From NCBI GenBank assembly GCA_965223705.1, contig OZ245015.1, forward strand, positions 4,160,001-4,224,000: DNA of 64,000 nucleotides, read 5' to 3'. The stretch is from Myxococcota bacterium (GTDB taxonomy: Bacteria; Myxococcota_A; UBA9160; UBA6930). Shown in pieces: positions 19,546 to 28,710 of the stretch. Position numbers and translations under genes: made by a program. Positions within the stretch are counted from its first letter, which is position 1, and each line of letters opens with the position of its first letter. The notes under the pieces were generated by a model, which was not told where the DNA came from, made no database searches, and saw only the letters and a list, made by a program, of their open reading frames with translations.

Positions 19546-19658
19546 CAAACCCCGCGTTCAAGGTGATAGCCAGGTAGCGCTACGCCTCGCCGCCTCGCTC
19601 GATTGAACGGGCGTGGGCGTAAAAACAACACCTGAGTACCAGGGAAGGGAAAGAACTG

Positions 19659-20480
19659 ATGGGACTTCGAGTGAATACGAACGTCGCTTCGCTCAATGCG
19701 CAGCGCAATCTCTCCAATGCGACGGAGAGTCTGAGTCGATCCTTTGATCGGCTGTCGTCCGGCTTGCGCATCACGCGCGCATCTGACGACGCCGCGGGGT
19801 TGGCCATTTCCGAGCGCTTTCGGGCCGACGTCCGGAGCCTCCAGCAAGCGCAGCGCAACGCGAACGACGGCATCTCGATGCTTCAGGTTGCCGAAGGCTC
19901 GCTCAACGAATCGAGCAATATCTTGGTTCGGATGCGAGAGCTCGCTGTCCAGGCCGCCAACGGCACGTTGGGATCGGCGGAGCGCGCCACGCTCGATCAG
20001 GAGTTCCAGGACCTGATCTCCGAGATCGACCGCATCGCGGCGGTGACCGAGTTCAACGGCATCCAACTGCTCGACGGAAGCGCGACCTCGGTCACATTCC
20101 AGGTGGGCGCGGGCAACAGCGCGAACGACCGCATTTCGGTTTCGGGCGTGGATGCGACGGCGACGGGTCTCTCGATCGGCGCTGCGGACATCACGACCGA
20201 CACGAACGCCCAGTCGGCCATCGGGACGATCGACACGGCGATCGATTCTCTCACGGGTTTGCGCGCGGACTTCGGTACCGCTCAGAACCGGCTCGAATCG
20301 ACGGTCCGCTCGATTGCCGTCGCTGTCGAGAACACCGCCGCAGCGGAATCGCGTATTCGAGACGTCGATGTGGCGAGCGAAACCGCTCAACTGACCCGGA
20401 ACCAAGTCCTACAGCAAGCCGCCGTGTCGGTGCTGGCCCAGGCGAACTTGTCGAGTTCCCTGGCGCTTCAACTGCTGTAG
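19659..20480 (+). CDS. fliC: Flagellin (short, D0/D1 only)
   Basis: RVNTNVASLNAQRNL, RLSSGLRITRASDDAAGLAI, GTAQNRLE, SRIRDVDVA. Confidence 0.97.
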   Translation: MGLRVNTNVASLNAQRNLSNATESLSRSFDRLSSGLRITRASDDAAGLAISERFRADVRSLQQAQRNANDGISMLQVAEGSLNESSNILVRMRELAVQAANGTLGSAERATLDQEFQDLISEIDRIAAVTEFNGIQLLDGSATSVTFQVGAGNSANDRISVSGVDATATGLSIGAADITTDTNAQSAIGTIDTAIDSLTGLRADFGTAQNRLESTVRSIAVAVENTAAAESRIRDVDVASETAQLTRNQVLQQAAVSVLAQANLSSSLALQLL

Positions 20481-20484
20481 AGCC

Positions 20485-21375
20485 TCAGGAAACGCTCGCG
20501 ATGCGCTCATTCGGAGGGGATGACCGTCGCCGGCGAAGGACGCCGAAAAGCCGCAGCACCACCTGAGCGACGACGCCTCGCACGAAGTGTTCGTCCCGTT
20601 CGTGCTGCCACAGCTCGCGGAGGAACCGCGAGTAGTTCGACGCGGAAACACCCAGACGGGCGACCGAAACAGAGAGCGCGGAGCGCGTCTTTCCCTCGTG
20701 CCACCAGCACCCCGGGACAAAGATCGTGTCTCCTGGCTCGAGCTCCACGGAGATCGCTCGAAACTGTCCGAGTGCCGGGTAGTTGCGAAAGTCGAGACGA
20801 TCGAGCTCGGGTAGCGAGGAGCGGAACCCGCCGCGCACGCTCCGCATCGGTCCGAGCGCCAGCGCTGCTTCCGGGGGGAGAAGCGCGACGCGCTGCGTCC
20901 CGACGAGCTGGGTTTCCAGACGGTAAGCGCCCAAGGGCTCGCGACGGAGCGGCGAGACGCTGCCGGCTCCGCCGAGTTCGAGTTCCGGCTCGGGGTCGAT
21001 GCGACCCACCCAGCCGTTCGGAACGAGGGGGTGAGGGAACCAGGAGCGATCGATCCCGCGCAGATCGTCGATATCCTCGAAGAGCTCTCGCGACATTCTG
21101 CGCACCGCGACGCCCCACAGGTGGGGCGACATCTCGTCGTCCAGCGCCTCGAACAAGTCCGAGAGCAGGACTTCGCCGTCTCCGCAGGGGATCGGCATTT
21201 CGCCATAGCGCGCGCGTAGGTAGCCCCCGGACCAACGGTCGCGGGCTTTCCAGTGGTCCGCAGCTCCGCCGAATACGATCGGACGTTCCTTCTCGAAGAA
21301 CTGGCGGCGGAGGGTGAGTGCGTGGATGCGCTCCCGTCGCTCGATCCGCCCTGTCGATGTTCGGTCGACCGCCAT
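20485..21375 (-). CDS. JmjC/cupin-8-like protein with degenerate metal site
   Basis: RPIVFGG..DHWKA..RWS, LGGAGS, LEPGDTIFVPGCWWHE; alternative GTG start at 21390. Confidence 0.78.
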   Translation of the reverse strand: MAVDRTSTGRIERRERIHALTLRRQFFEKERPIVFGGAADHWKARDRWSGGYLRARYGEMPIPCGDGEVLLSDLFEALDDEMSPHLWGVAVRRMSRELFEDIDDLRGIDRSWFPHPLVPNGWVGRIDPEPELELGGAGSVSPLRREPLGAYRLETQLVGTQRVALLPPEAALALGPMRSVRGGFRSSLPELDRLDFRNYPALGQFRAISVELEPGDTIFVPGCWWHEGKTRSALSVSVARLGVSASNYSRFLRELWQHERDEHFVRGVVAQVVLRLFGVLRRRRSSPPNERIASVS

Positions 21376-21441
21376 CCCGGTGGGTGCCACCCTCGGCGCA
21401 AAGGTGGCGGCGGCGGCTTTGATTTTCTCCTCGCCTGCCGG

Positions 21442-21990
21442 CTAGAGGAACTTGCTCGCGAGATTCAGGACATCGTCGATGACAGAGCCATCTCGATCCG
21501 AATCGAGAAACGCCTCGAGCAGCCCGCCGCCCCCTTGGCTGCGGGGCTCGTTCGGCGAAAGACCGCTCAAAGAGCCACCGCCGGTGGCCTGCTTGCTCAA
21601 AGCGCCCATTGCTGCCGCCGCCAACAGCGGCAGCATCTTTTTCAGCAGGGAGCTGTCGAGCCCGGTGCGCCTAGCGGCGTGTCCCGCCATGTTCCGACTG
21701 ACGTCTTTGCTGCCCAGGACGTGCCCGAGAATCGCGTTGCCGTCGTCTCGCGTCGACGGCTGGCCCAGGACCCGCGGATCGTCGACGTAACGGCTGTGCC
21801 CGCCGCCCTTGAGGGCGTCGAGGAGACTCTCGAGGCCGCCGGGCTGTCTCGCGTTGCGCTGCAGGCCACGGGCCAAGCCGGGCAGGAGTGCTTCCATTCC
21901 GGAGCGCGTGTCGCTCTGGCCCAGGCCCAGCGAGCCGGCGACGCTCTTCACGAGTTCGGGGTTGTCGAGAAGCATCTCTGCCAAGTTCAT
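21442..21990 (-). CDS. DUF937-like protein
   Basis: GGLESLLDAL, DGNAILGHVLG, LKKMLPLLA, LDSDRDGSVIDD. Confidence 0.85.
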   Translation of the reverse strand: MNLAEMLLDNPELVKSVAGSLGLGQSDTRSGMEALLPGLARGLQRNARQPGGLESLLDALKGGGHSRYVDDPRVLGQPSTRDDGNAILGHVLGSKDVSRNMAGHAARRTGLDSSLLKKMLPLLAAAAMGALSKQATGGGSLSGLSPNEPRSQGGGGLLEAFLDSDRDGSVIDDVLNLASKFL

Positions 21991-22017
21991 CGGGAAGCCT
22001 CCGCTTGAACGACCATC

Positions 22018-22707
22018 CTACATGAAACCGCGGGCCGTTCCGTCTTCGACTTGCAGGTTTACGACGGCGAGGTCGCCTTCAAGGCGCACCGGGCCCCTGG
22101 CCAGGGGGATTGCCGTCTCGAACATCGGACCGTCCCACACGTAGGTGTGAAACTCACCGCGTTCGCCACAGGAGTCGACCGATGCCGGCAAGGCAGCGAG
22201 AAACGCCCGGTCGAAGGCCGCCCCTGCGAAATCGGCCGTGAGGCGCGTCGTGTCGACGGCGGTCACGACGGCGCGAAGCCCCTCATCCAGCATTTCGTCC
22301 GCCAGGGCTCTCGTCGGGCTTTGCCACAGCGGAAACAGGAGCTCGACCCCGAGCGGCGCAAAGAGTGACCTTCGATAGTCGCGAATGTCCTCGAGAAAAA
22401 GATCGCCGAACGCCATCGACCCGACGCCGGCCGCGCGCGCGACCGCCGCAACGCGCGCCACGGCGGCTTCGTACCGGTCGTTCGGGCACGGCGTCGGCAA
22501 CGACTCGACGTGGAGGGGCAGGCCGACAGCCCGAGCCTGCGCTTCGACCAATTCCCACGGCGTGCCGTGGATGGGAACGCGCCCGTCTCGCTCCGCGCGC
22601 GTTGTCACGAGGCCGGTCACGCGGTAGCGGGGATCGCGAGCCAACCGAGCGAGCGCCCACGCGCTGTCTTTGCCACTGCTCCACCAGAGCCATACCGGTT
22701 CTGCCAT
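22018..22707 (-). CDS. Adenine-nucleotide alpha hydrolase (diphthine-ammonia ligase/MJ0570-like)
   Basis: SSGKDS PP-loop, FGDLFLEDIRDYR, FPLW, CGERGEFHT. Confidence 0.9.
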   Translation of the reverse strand: MAEPVWLWWSSGKDSAWALARLARDPRYRVTGLVTTRAERDGRVPIHGTPWELVEAQARAVGLPLHVESLPTPCPNDRYEAAVARVAAVARAAGVGSMAFGDLFLEDIRDYRRSLFAPLGVELLFPLWQSPTRALADEMLDEGLRAVVTAVDTTRLTADFAGAAFDRAFLAALPASVDSCGERGEFHTYVWDGPMFETAIPLARGPVRLEGDLAVVNLQVEDGTARGFM

Positions 22708-22710
22708 GGC

Positions 22711-24699
22711 TCAGTAGCGGAAGCGAAAGCCCGCGTACGCACCGAAGCCCGGGGATTCGTAGCCCGCGATTTCGTGATAGTCGTCGTCGAGCAGGTTCTC
22801 GATGCGTCCGAACATCTCAATGCGATCGCTCAACTGGTACGAGCCAGTGAGCTGCACCAGCGTGTAGGCACCGAGTCTGACTTCTTCGTTGGTCGAGAAA
22901 TCCGTGTCCAGCTGACTTCCGTTGTAGAGGACGGCGAGGTTGATGTTCGCCCTGTCTCGCAGAAAACGCAGATTCGCTGCTACGGAGCCGGTGTGTTTGG
23001 GTCGCCGAATCTCGTGTTGCGTCTCCACGACGCTCAACTTGTCCGAAGACAACGTCGTCTGATCCGAATCGACGTAGCTGTAGGTGGCTGTCAGATCGAA
23101 CCCGGTCCACGGCACGATACGAAGGGTGGCTTCGAATCCATCTCGTTCGCTCTCCCCGATCACGTTGTCTGCCGTGAAAGCCGGATCTCCGCCCGTCGAA
23201 ACAAAACCGTCGATCTCGTCCTCGAGGTCATTCTCGAAATACGTAAGACCGAAAGTCGCTGCCCCGTTGAGGAGCTCTTGTTCGAATCCGATGTCCCATC
23301 CTTCACTCGTCTCGGGTTTTAAGTTCGGATTACCCCGAAAGAAGAAGCCGGGACCGAAGAAATTCGGCAGCTCACCAAACAAATCGAACATACCGGGGTT
23401 CTTGACGCCTTCGCCCCAGCTCGCATGCAAGCGAGTGCTCTCCCAAGGGAGGACATAGCTCAGTGTCGCTCGGTATGTCGTCGCGTTGTCGAAATCATCG
23501 TTGTTGTCCCTTCGCACGCTTCCGGAGAGGAAAAGGGTTTCGTCGAAGTTGACCCGATACTCCCCGATCCAACTGTTCTCGCGGAGCGTCTGAGTTTGTT
23601 CGGTCCCTAGAGAACCGACGAATTGCAAACGTCCGTGCTCATAGGCGCCCGTCACAACGTGGGACAGGCCTCCGGCTTCGAACACGCCGGTCGTTTGATA
23701 GCGATAGCGGCGCTTATCTCCCCGGGTCTCCGAGAGCAGGAACCCATCGTCACGCTCGTCGCGTTTCGTATCGAGTTTCGAGATGTCTACGCGATGGGTC
23801 CACCGACCCTCCAAGAGACTTACTTCCGCCCACGCGCGTCCGGTTCCGTGTTCGCTGACCGAGTTCTCGCGCGTATTGACGATCAAACCGAAGGTAGACG
23901 GCCCGACAAAATCCTGTGTATCTCGTTCGTGATCCTCGCGGCTGTAGCGGACGGAACCACCGACTCGGAAGAACGGTGCCAACCGCGCGGAGCCCCGAAG
24001 GTTGTAGGTATGGTTGCGATAGCCGTCCCGCTCGCCGCCAGTGGGCGAATGGCTGATACCGTGGGTATCGAGAAAATTGATGGAGCCCGTCAACCGCCAG
24101 TCGACCCCACCTCCACCGACAATGGCGTGAGCGCGGCGCGTACCGAAAGTGCCAGCTTCAACGAGCGCTCCTGCGTGAACGCCTTCGGGAAGCTCTCGAG
24201 TTACGATATTGATGACTCCACCGACCGCCTCGCTGCCGTAGAGCGCGCTTTGTGAGCCGCGCAAGACTTCGATTCGCTCGATGTCATCGGCGAGTAAATT
24301 GCCGAAATCAAACTCGTCATTCAGCGCGGGATCTGTCACTTCGACACCGTCGATCATGACGAGGGTGTGGTTGCCTTCCGCGCCTCGAATGCGGACCTGG
24401 GTGAGCGAGCCAAAACTACCGGTTCGGCTCACCGCGACACCGGGGACCTCGCGCAAGAGATCAGAAGCGAAAGGCACGCCTCGGCGCTCGATTTCCTCAC
24501 GGTCGATCACCGTGACCGAACTTCCGAGCTCGATCACGGCGCGCGGCGTGAGGGAGCCGATACCGACGCGCTCGTCGGACGCGAGCGAAGCATGAGAAAC
24601 GACAGAAGACAGGACGACGCAAAGAGGGAGCCAGTGCGCTCGGCGCACGGCATGCACTAGGGACAAGCGATCCACCTCGGCGCCGATTCCGAGCGCCAT
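22711..24699 (-). CDS. btuB: TonB-dependent cobalamin receptor
   Basis: Plug domain (LLREVPGV, IRG, VMIDGV, IERIEVLRGSQSALYGSEAVGGVINI), C-terminal aromatic residue; downstream of a cobalamin riboswitch. Confidence 0.9.
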   Translation of the reverse strand: MALGIGAEVDRLSLVHAVRRAHWLPLCVVLSSVVSHASLASDERVGIGSLTPRAVIELGSSVTVIDREEIERRGVPFASDLLREVPGVAVSRTGSFGSLTQVRIRGAEGNHTLVMIDGVEVTDPALNDEFDFGNLLADDIERIEVLRGSQSALYGSEAVGGVINIVTRELPEGVHAGALVEAGTFGTRRAHAIVGGGGVDWRLTGSINFLDTHGISHSPTGGERDGYRNHTYNLRGSARLAPFFRVGGSVRYSREDHERDTQDFVGPSTFGLIVNTRENSVSEHGTGRAWAEVSLLEGRWTHRVDISKLDTKRDERDDGFLLSETRGDKRRYRYQTTGVFEAGGLSHVVTGAYEHGRLQFVGSLGTEQTQTLRENSWIGEYRVNFDETLFLSGSVRRDNNDDFDNATTYRATLSYVLPWESTRLHASWGEGVKNPGMFDLFGELPNFFGPGFFFRGNPNLKPETSEGWDIGFEQELLNGAATFGLTYFENDLEDEIDGFVSTGGDPAFTADNVIGESERDGFEATLRIVPWTGFDLTATYSYVDSDQTTLSSDKLSVVETQHEIRRPKHTGSVAANLRFLRDRANINLAVLYNGSQLDTDFSTNEEVRLGAYTLVQLTGSYQLSDRIEMFGRIENLLDDDYHEIAGYESPGFGAYAGFRFRY

Positions 24700-24713
24700 T
24701 CAACGTGCCTGCG

Positions 24714-24905
24714 AGGCCCGGTCTTCTGGCTCCCGGTTCAGCCTCCCGCGATGCCTTCCCGGGTGTGGCGCAACTTGTCGCCTACCCAGTGGCTGTGTCT
24801 CGCGGTCGTCCCCGGTTACAGCGGCGGTCCCGCGCCGGTTTTTCACCGGCTTCCCGCGGCGCGCCCGAGCGCGCCGGCTCCGGGCCTTTCCCGGAGCGCT
24901 TCCTC
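24714..24905 (-). ncRNA. Cobalamin (AdoCbl) riboswitch
   Basis: Minus strand: GGGAAGCCGGTGAAAAACCGGCGCGGGACCGCCGCTGTAA...GCCACTGGG...CCCGGGAAGG...GAGCCAGAAGACC (B12 box). Confidence 0.93.
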
Positions 24906-24914
24906 GCTCGGCGT

Positions 24915-24944
24915 AGAGTGAGGGCCACAGGACTTCTTTGTCAA
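24915..24944 (-). promoter_or_regulatory. Putative sigma70 promoter of riboswitch-btuB
   Basis: TTGACA-N18-CACTCT immediately 5' of the riboswitch. Confidence 0.5.
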
Positions 24945-24969
24945 GCTGGGGCACGCTTGGGGGCCGCTC

Positions 24970-25974
24970 ATGCCGGCACCCCGAAACTTCTCGTGGCGAA
25001 CCGCCGTCGATCACCAAGCACTCCGCGTTGCGGCGCTGTGCGCGGGAGCCGTGCTTCTCGGTGTGTCGCTCCTGGCGCCCGGGGAGGCCGCGCTTCGAGG
25101 GCTCCGCGTAGTGCCCGAAGCGACCGGCGTCCTGGGTGCCGCGTTTCCCATCACGCTGCGAAACGATTCGCAGACGACCGTCCTCTCCGAGCCACCCTCC
25201 CGCATGGTCTCCATCGCGGTGACGTCCGACGAAATCCTCGCCGACCTGGGCGCGGCCTCGCGGACCGTGGGCGTGAGTCGCTTCGTAGACGATCCCCGGG
25301 CGTCTTCCGCAATCGGCCGTTTTCCCCCTTCGGTCGCTCGACTCTACGGCGATGCCGAATCCGTCCTCGCACTGGAGCCCGATCTCGCCATCGTTTCGGG
25401 CTACACCCACGCGGAACACGTGGCGCTACTCGAAGAAGCGGGGATCGCGGTCTTCCGCCTCGGCCGCCCCCAAACCTTCGCCGCGATCGACGAAACACTG
25501 CGAAGGCTGGGCACTGCGGTGGGGTTGCGCGGAGAGGCGGACCGACTGCGCGAGGCGGTTCACAAGCGGTTGACGGCGGCGGAAGAAGCGGTGACGGGGC
25601 GCCCTCGCCCACGCGTTCTGTTTCTCAGCTGGGCGGGTTACACGTCGGGCACGGAAACGCTGATCGACGAAATCATCACACGCGGCGGCGGCACCAATGC
25701 GGCGCGTGATGTCGGTCTCCGCGGCACAGTGCCCCTGTCGCTCGAAATCGCGCTGGCCTTGAGGCCCGACTTCGTGCTCACGTCCTCGGATGTCGCCGGC
25801 GAAGACGTCGCTGCAAACGCGCTCCGCACCGATCCGCGCTGGAGCCAAATCGATGCGGTTCGCGAGGGTCGCATTCTCGCTCTGCCCGGAGCCCTTGCGT
25901 TATCGACGTCCCACCACGCTGCGGGCGCCGTGACAAAGGTCGCGGCCTGGCTCCACGGCGAGTCGGCGCCGTGA
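24970..25974 (+). CDS. btuF: Cobalamin ABC transporter substrate-binding protein
   Basis: FPITLRND, PSRMVSI, EILADLG, ESVLALEPDL, GGTNAA. Confidence 0.85.
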   Translation: MPAPRNFSWRTAVDHQALRVAALCAGAVLLGVSLLAPGEAALRGLRVVPEATGVLGAAFPITLRNDSQTTVLSEPPSRMVSIAVTSDEILADLGAASRTVGVSRFVDDPRASSAIGRFPPSVARLYGDAESVLALEPDLAIVSGYTHAEHVALLEEAGIAVFRLGRPQTFAAIDETLRRLGTAVGLRGEADRLREAVHKRLTAAEEAVTGRPRPRVLFLSWAGYTSGTETLIDEIITRGGGTNAARDVGLRGTVPLSLEIALALRPDFVLTSSDVAGEDVAANALRTDPRWSQIDAVREGRILALPGALALSTSHHAAGAVTKVAAWLHGESAP

Positions 25975-26996
25975 ACCGCGCTGCGGGCGTCGGCCTCGCG
26001 TGCGTGACCGCACTCGCGGGCCTTCTGTTCGCGAGCTTCTGGGTCGGGTCCGCGCCGCTCGACGGGGAAACAATCCGCAGCGCGCTGGCGGCGCGTTTCG
26101 GTGCGGAATCCCCGCCCGTGCCGGCCTGGATCGACACCATCCTGTTTCAGATTCGATTGCCGCGGGCGGTGTGCGCGGCCCTTGTCGGCGGCAGCCTCGC
26201 GGTCACCGGGTGCGCGCTCCAAGGGTTGTTCCGCAATCCCTTGGCAGACCCCGGCGTCCTCGGCGTCTCCTCGGGAGCCGCGCTCGCCGCGGTGACGTGT
26301 CTTTATCTCGGGCTCGCGACGCTATCGCCGTGGGCGCTTCCCTTGGCCGCTTTTTCCGGTGCCTTGGCAACAGGCGTGCTCGTGTACCGCGTCGCTTCGG
26401 TGCGCGGCCAAACCCCGCTCGCCACGTTGCTACTCGCGGGGATCGCGGCGAGCACCATCGCACAGGCGGGTCTCGCCCTCGTGCTCTTTCTCGCGCTCGA
26501 AGAATTCGACGTCGGACGGCAGATCGTTCAGTGGAGTCTCGGCGGCGTCGAGGGGCGCGGCTGGAGTCACGTTGCGCTCATCGCGCCTTCGACCCTCATC
26601 GGAGCGGGATTGCTCCTCTATCACGCGCGCGATCTCGACGCGATGTCGCTGGGAGAAACGCAAGCGGCATCGGTGGGTGTCGACGTGCGCGCCTTGCGCC
26701 ACCGGGTGATCACCGCGTCGGCGGTGTTGGTGGGCGCCGCGGTCTCCGTCGCCGGCGTCATCGGATTCGTCGGTTTGGTCATTCCCCACGCCCTGCGCCT
26801 CCTCATCGGACCTCGACATCGCGCGCTCCTGTTCGCGTCGCTCGTCGGCGGCGCTGCGTTTCTCGTGTTGGCCGACCTGTTCGCGCGCAGCGTGTGGGCG
26901 CCGAAAGAAATGCGCCTGGGGATCGTCACCGCGGCGATCGGCGGACCGTTCTTCCTGGCGCTGCTTCTCGCCAAGAAACGCGAGGGATTGTTGTGA
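25971..26996 (+). CDS. btuC: FecCD/BtuC permease
   Basis: IRLPR, LQGLFRNPLADPGVLGVSSGA, IGFVGLVIPH, GGPFF. Confidence 0.92.
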   Translation: MNRAAGVGLACVTALAGLLFASFWVGSAPLDGETIRSALAARFGAESPPVPAWIDTILFQIRLPRAVCAALVGGSLAVTGCALQGLFRNPLADPGVLGVSSGAALAAVTCLYLGLATLSPWALPLAAFSGALATGVLVYRVASVRGQTPLATLLLAGIAASTIAQAGLALVLFLALEEFDVGRQIVQWSLGGVEGRGWSHVALIAPSTLIGAGLLLYHARDLDAMSLGETQAASVGVDVRALRHRVITASAVLVGAAVSVAGVIGFVGLVIPHALRLLIGPRHRALLFASLVGGAAFLVLADLFARSVWAPKEMRLGIVTAAIGGPFFLALLLAKKREGLL

Positions 26997-27796
26997 CGAC
27001 ACCGCTTCTGTCCGTCGAAGATGCGGAGGTTCAGTACGGTGATGTCCGGGTGCTGACCGGTGCTTCTTTCACCGTAGAGGCGGGTGAATTCGTCGGTCTT
27101 CTGGGGAGAAACGGCGCGGGCAAGACCACGCTGCTCCACGCGACACTGGGGTTACTTCCGATGCGCGCCGGAGAAGTGCGCGTGGGGGGCGTACCGATTC
27201 GCGAACTCCGTCGCAAAGACATCGCACGGCGCGTTGCCCTCCTCCCACAAGACGGTGTGTTTGGCAGCCACTTCCGTGTGCGGGACGTCGTCGCCATGGG
27301 CCGCTATGCGCACCGTACACCGCTCGCGCCGGAAAGCGACGCCGATCGAGCGAGCATCGATTCCGCTCTTCGAGCGACGGAGCTTCAGCGCCTCGCGACG
27401 CGTCGCGTGACCGAACTTTCGGGGGGTGAACGACAACGACTGCTGTTTGCCCGCGCCCTCGCCCAGGAAGCGCCGATGCTCTTGCTCGACGAACCCACCT
27501 CGAATCTCGATCTGGTCCACCAACTCGAGACCCTCGAGCGCGTTCGGGCACACACCCGTGAGGCACCGGGCCGGGCCGCGCTCGCGGCGCTCCATGATCT
27601 CAGCTTGGCGGCGCGGTATTGCGATCGCCTCCTCCTGCTCGACGCAGGGACGATTGCGCTGGACGGTCCCCCGGAAGACGTGCTCCACTCATCGGTGCTC
27701 GAGCGCTATTTCGGCGTTGAGGGCACGGTCGAACGCGACCCCGAGCTCGGGCTTCGGGTCGTCGCGCGACGGCGCGCAGGAACGAGAGCGGTATGA
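26993..27796 (+). CDS. btuD: ABC ATP-binding protein
   Basis: GRNGAGKT, LSGGERQR, LLLDEPT, LHDL. Confidence 0.92.
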   Translation: MTTPLLSVEDAEVQYGDVRVLTGASFTVEAGEFVGLLGRNGAGKTTLLHATLGLLPMRAGEVRVGGVPIRELRRKDIARRVALLPQDGVFGSHFRVRDVVAMGRYAHRTPLAPESDADRASIDSALRATELQRLATRRVTELSGGERQRLLFARALAQEAPMLLLDEPTSNLDLVHQLETLERVRAHTREAPGRAALAALHDLSLAARYCDRLLLLDAGTIALDGPPEDVLHSSVLERYFGVEGTVERDPELGLRVVARRRAGTRAV

Positions 27797-28696
27797 GCCA
27801 GGATCTAGACGAGATCGCGTTGGGGCACGTCGTCAAGCTGCGCGGGCATCTACCCGCTTCGGCGGCGAGCGCGTGGGCCGACGAACAAGCCCGTCCGGCG
27901 GAAGCCCTGGTCGCCATCGAACGGGCGGCGAAGCGCTTCGCCGACGCCCCTCGCGCGCTCTTTCGCTGCCGCGGTGAGGCGTGCCGCGAAGCCGCGGGGT
28001 CCGTCGACGTGCGGGCGGACCTTCCGGTCATCGACACGGGCTGCCAAGGCAATTGCGAGCACGCGCCGATGGCGACGTTGATGTTCGACGGCGCTTCGCG
28101 AAGTTTTGGCGGGCTCGGGACGCCCGATGCCTGGGCCGCCGTCGAGGTGTTCGCCGGGCGCTGTGCCAAAGAAGGAACGGCGCTGGTCGAAGACGGGGCC
28201 GTTCGCAGTTTCCTCTTCGACCCGATGCACGCCGAGCATGGCCCCGACCTGTCGGCGTTCGCGTTCCTCCAGGGTCACTTCCGCGGGACCGGCCACTACG
28301 CGGTGGGAAAACATTCGTTTCACAAGGAAGTGATCGGTCGCTGGGAGGCTTCGGGAGCCGCGCTCTGCCTGCGGATGGAAGTCGCCTACCCGCTCCCGCG
28401 CGGCGGGGTCGACGCCCACGAAGCGTGCGTGTGGGTCACACCCGAACGCGACGGGGACTTCTGGCTCGGTTACGCCATCACCGACGGAGGGGCTACGCGG
28501 CAATACCGGTATGCCGTCGACCCACAGACGGGAGCGCTCTACTTTGAGGATCGTCCACCGGGACATGGCCACAGCGCGAAAGACCGCGCGCAAGTTGCTG
28601 ATCCCCAATGAGCGGGGCTACGAAGAACGGCTCGAAGTCGAGCAGGACGGCGCGTTCCGTCTGTACTCAAGCATTCAGCTCGAGCGCGTCGCATAG
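27793..28696 (+). CDS. Thioredoxin-like [2Fe-2S] motif + beta-barrel protein; probable +1 frameshift near 28580 (unshifted stop at 28611)
   Basis: C-x4-C-x19-C-x3-C motif; ATGA overlap with btuD stop; +1 frame continues to a stop at 28696 next to the downstream RBS. Confidence 0.65.
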
Positions 28697-28710
28697 GAGA
28701 AGAGAACGCT

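Noticed and set aside
19545..19658. Possible c-di-GMP-I riboswitch in the flagellin leader
   Set aside because: The conserved GGCAAAC/GNRA/GACGCAAAG elements are not present in order
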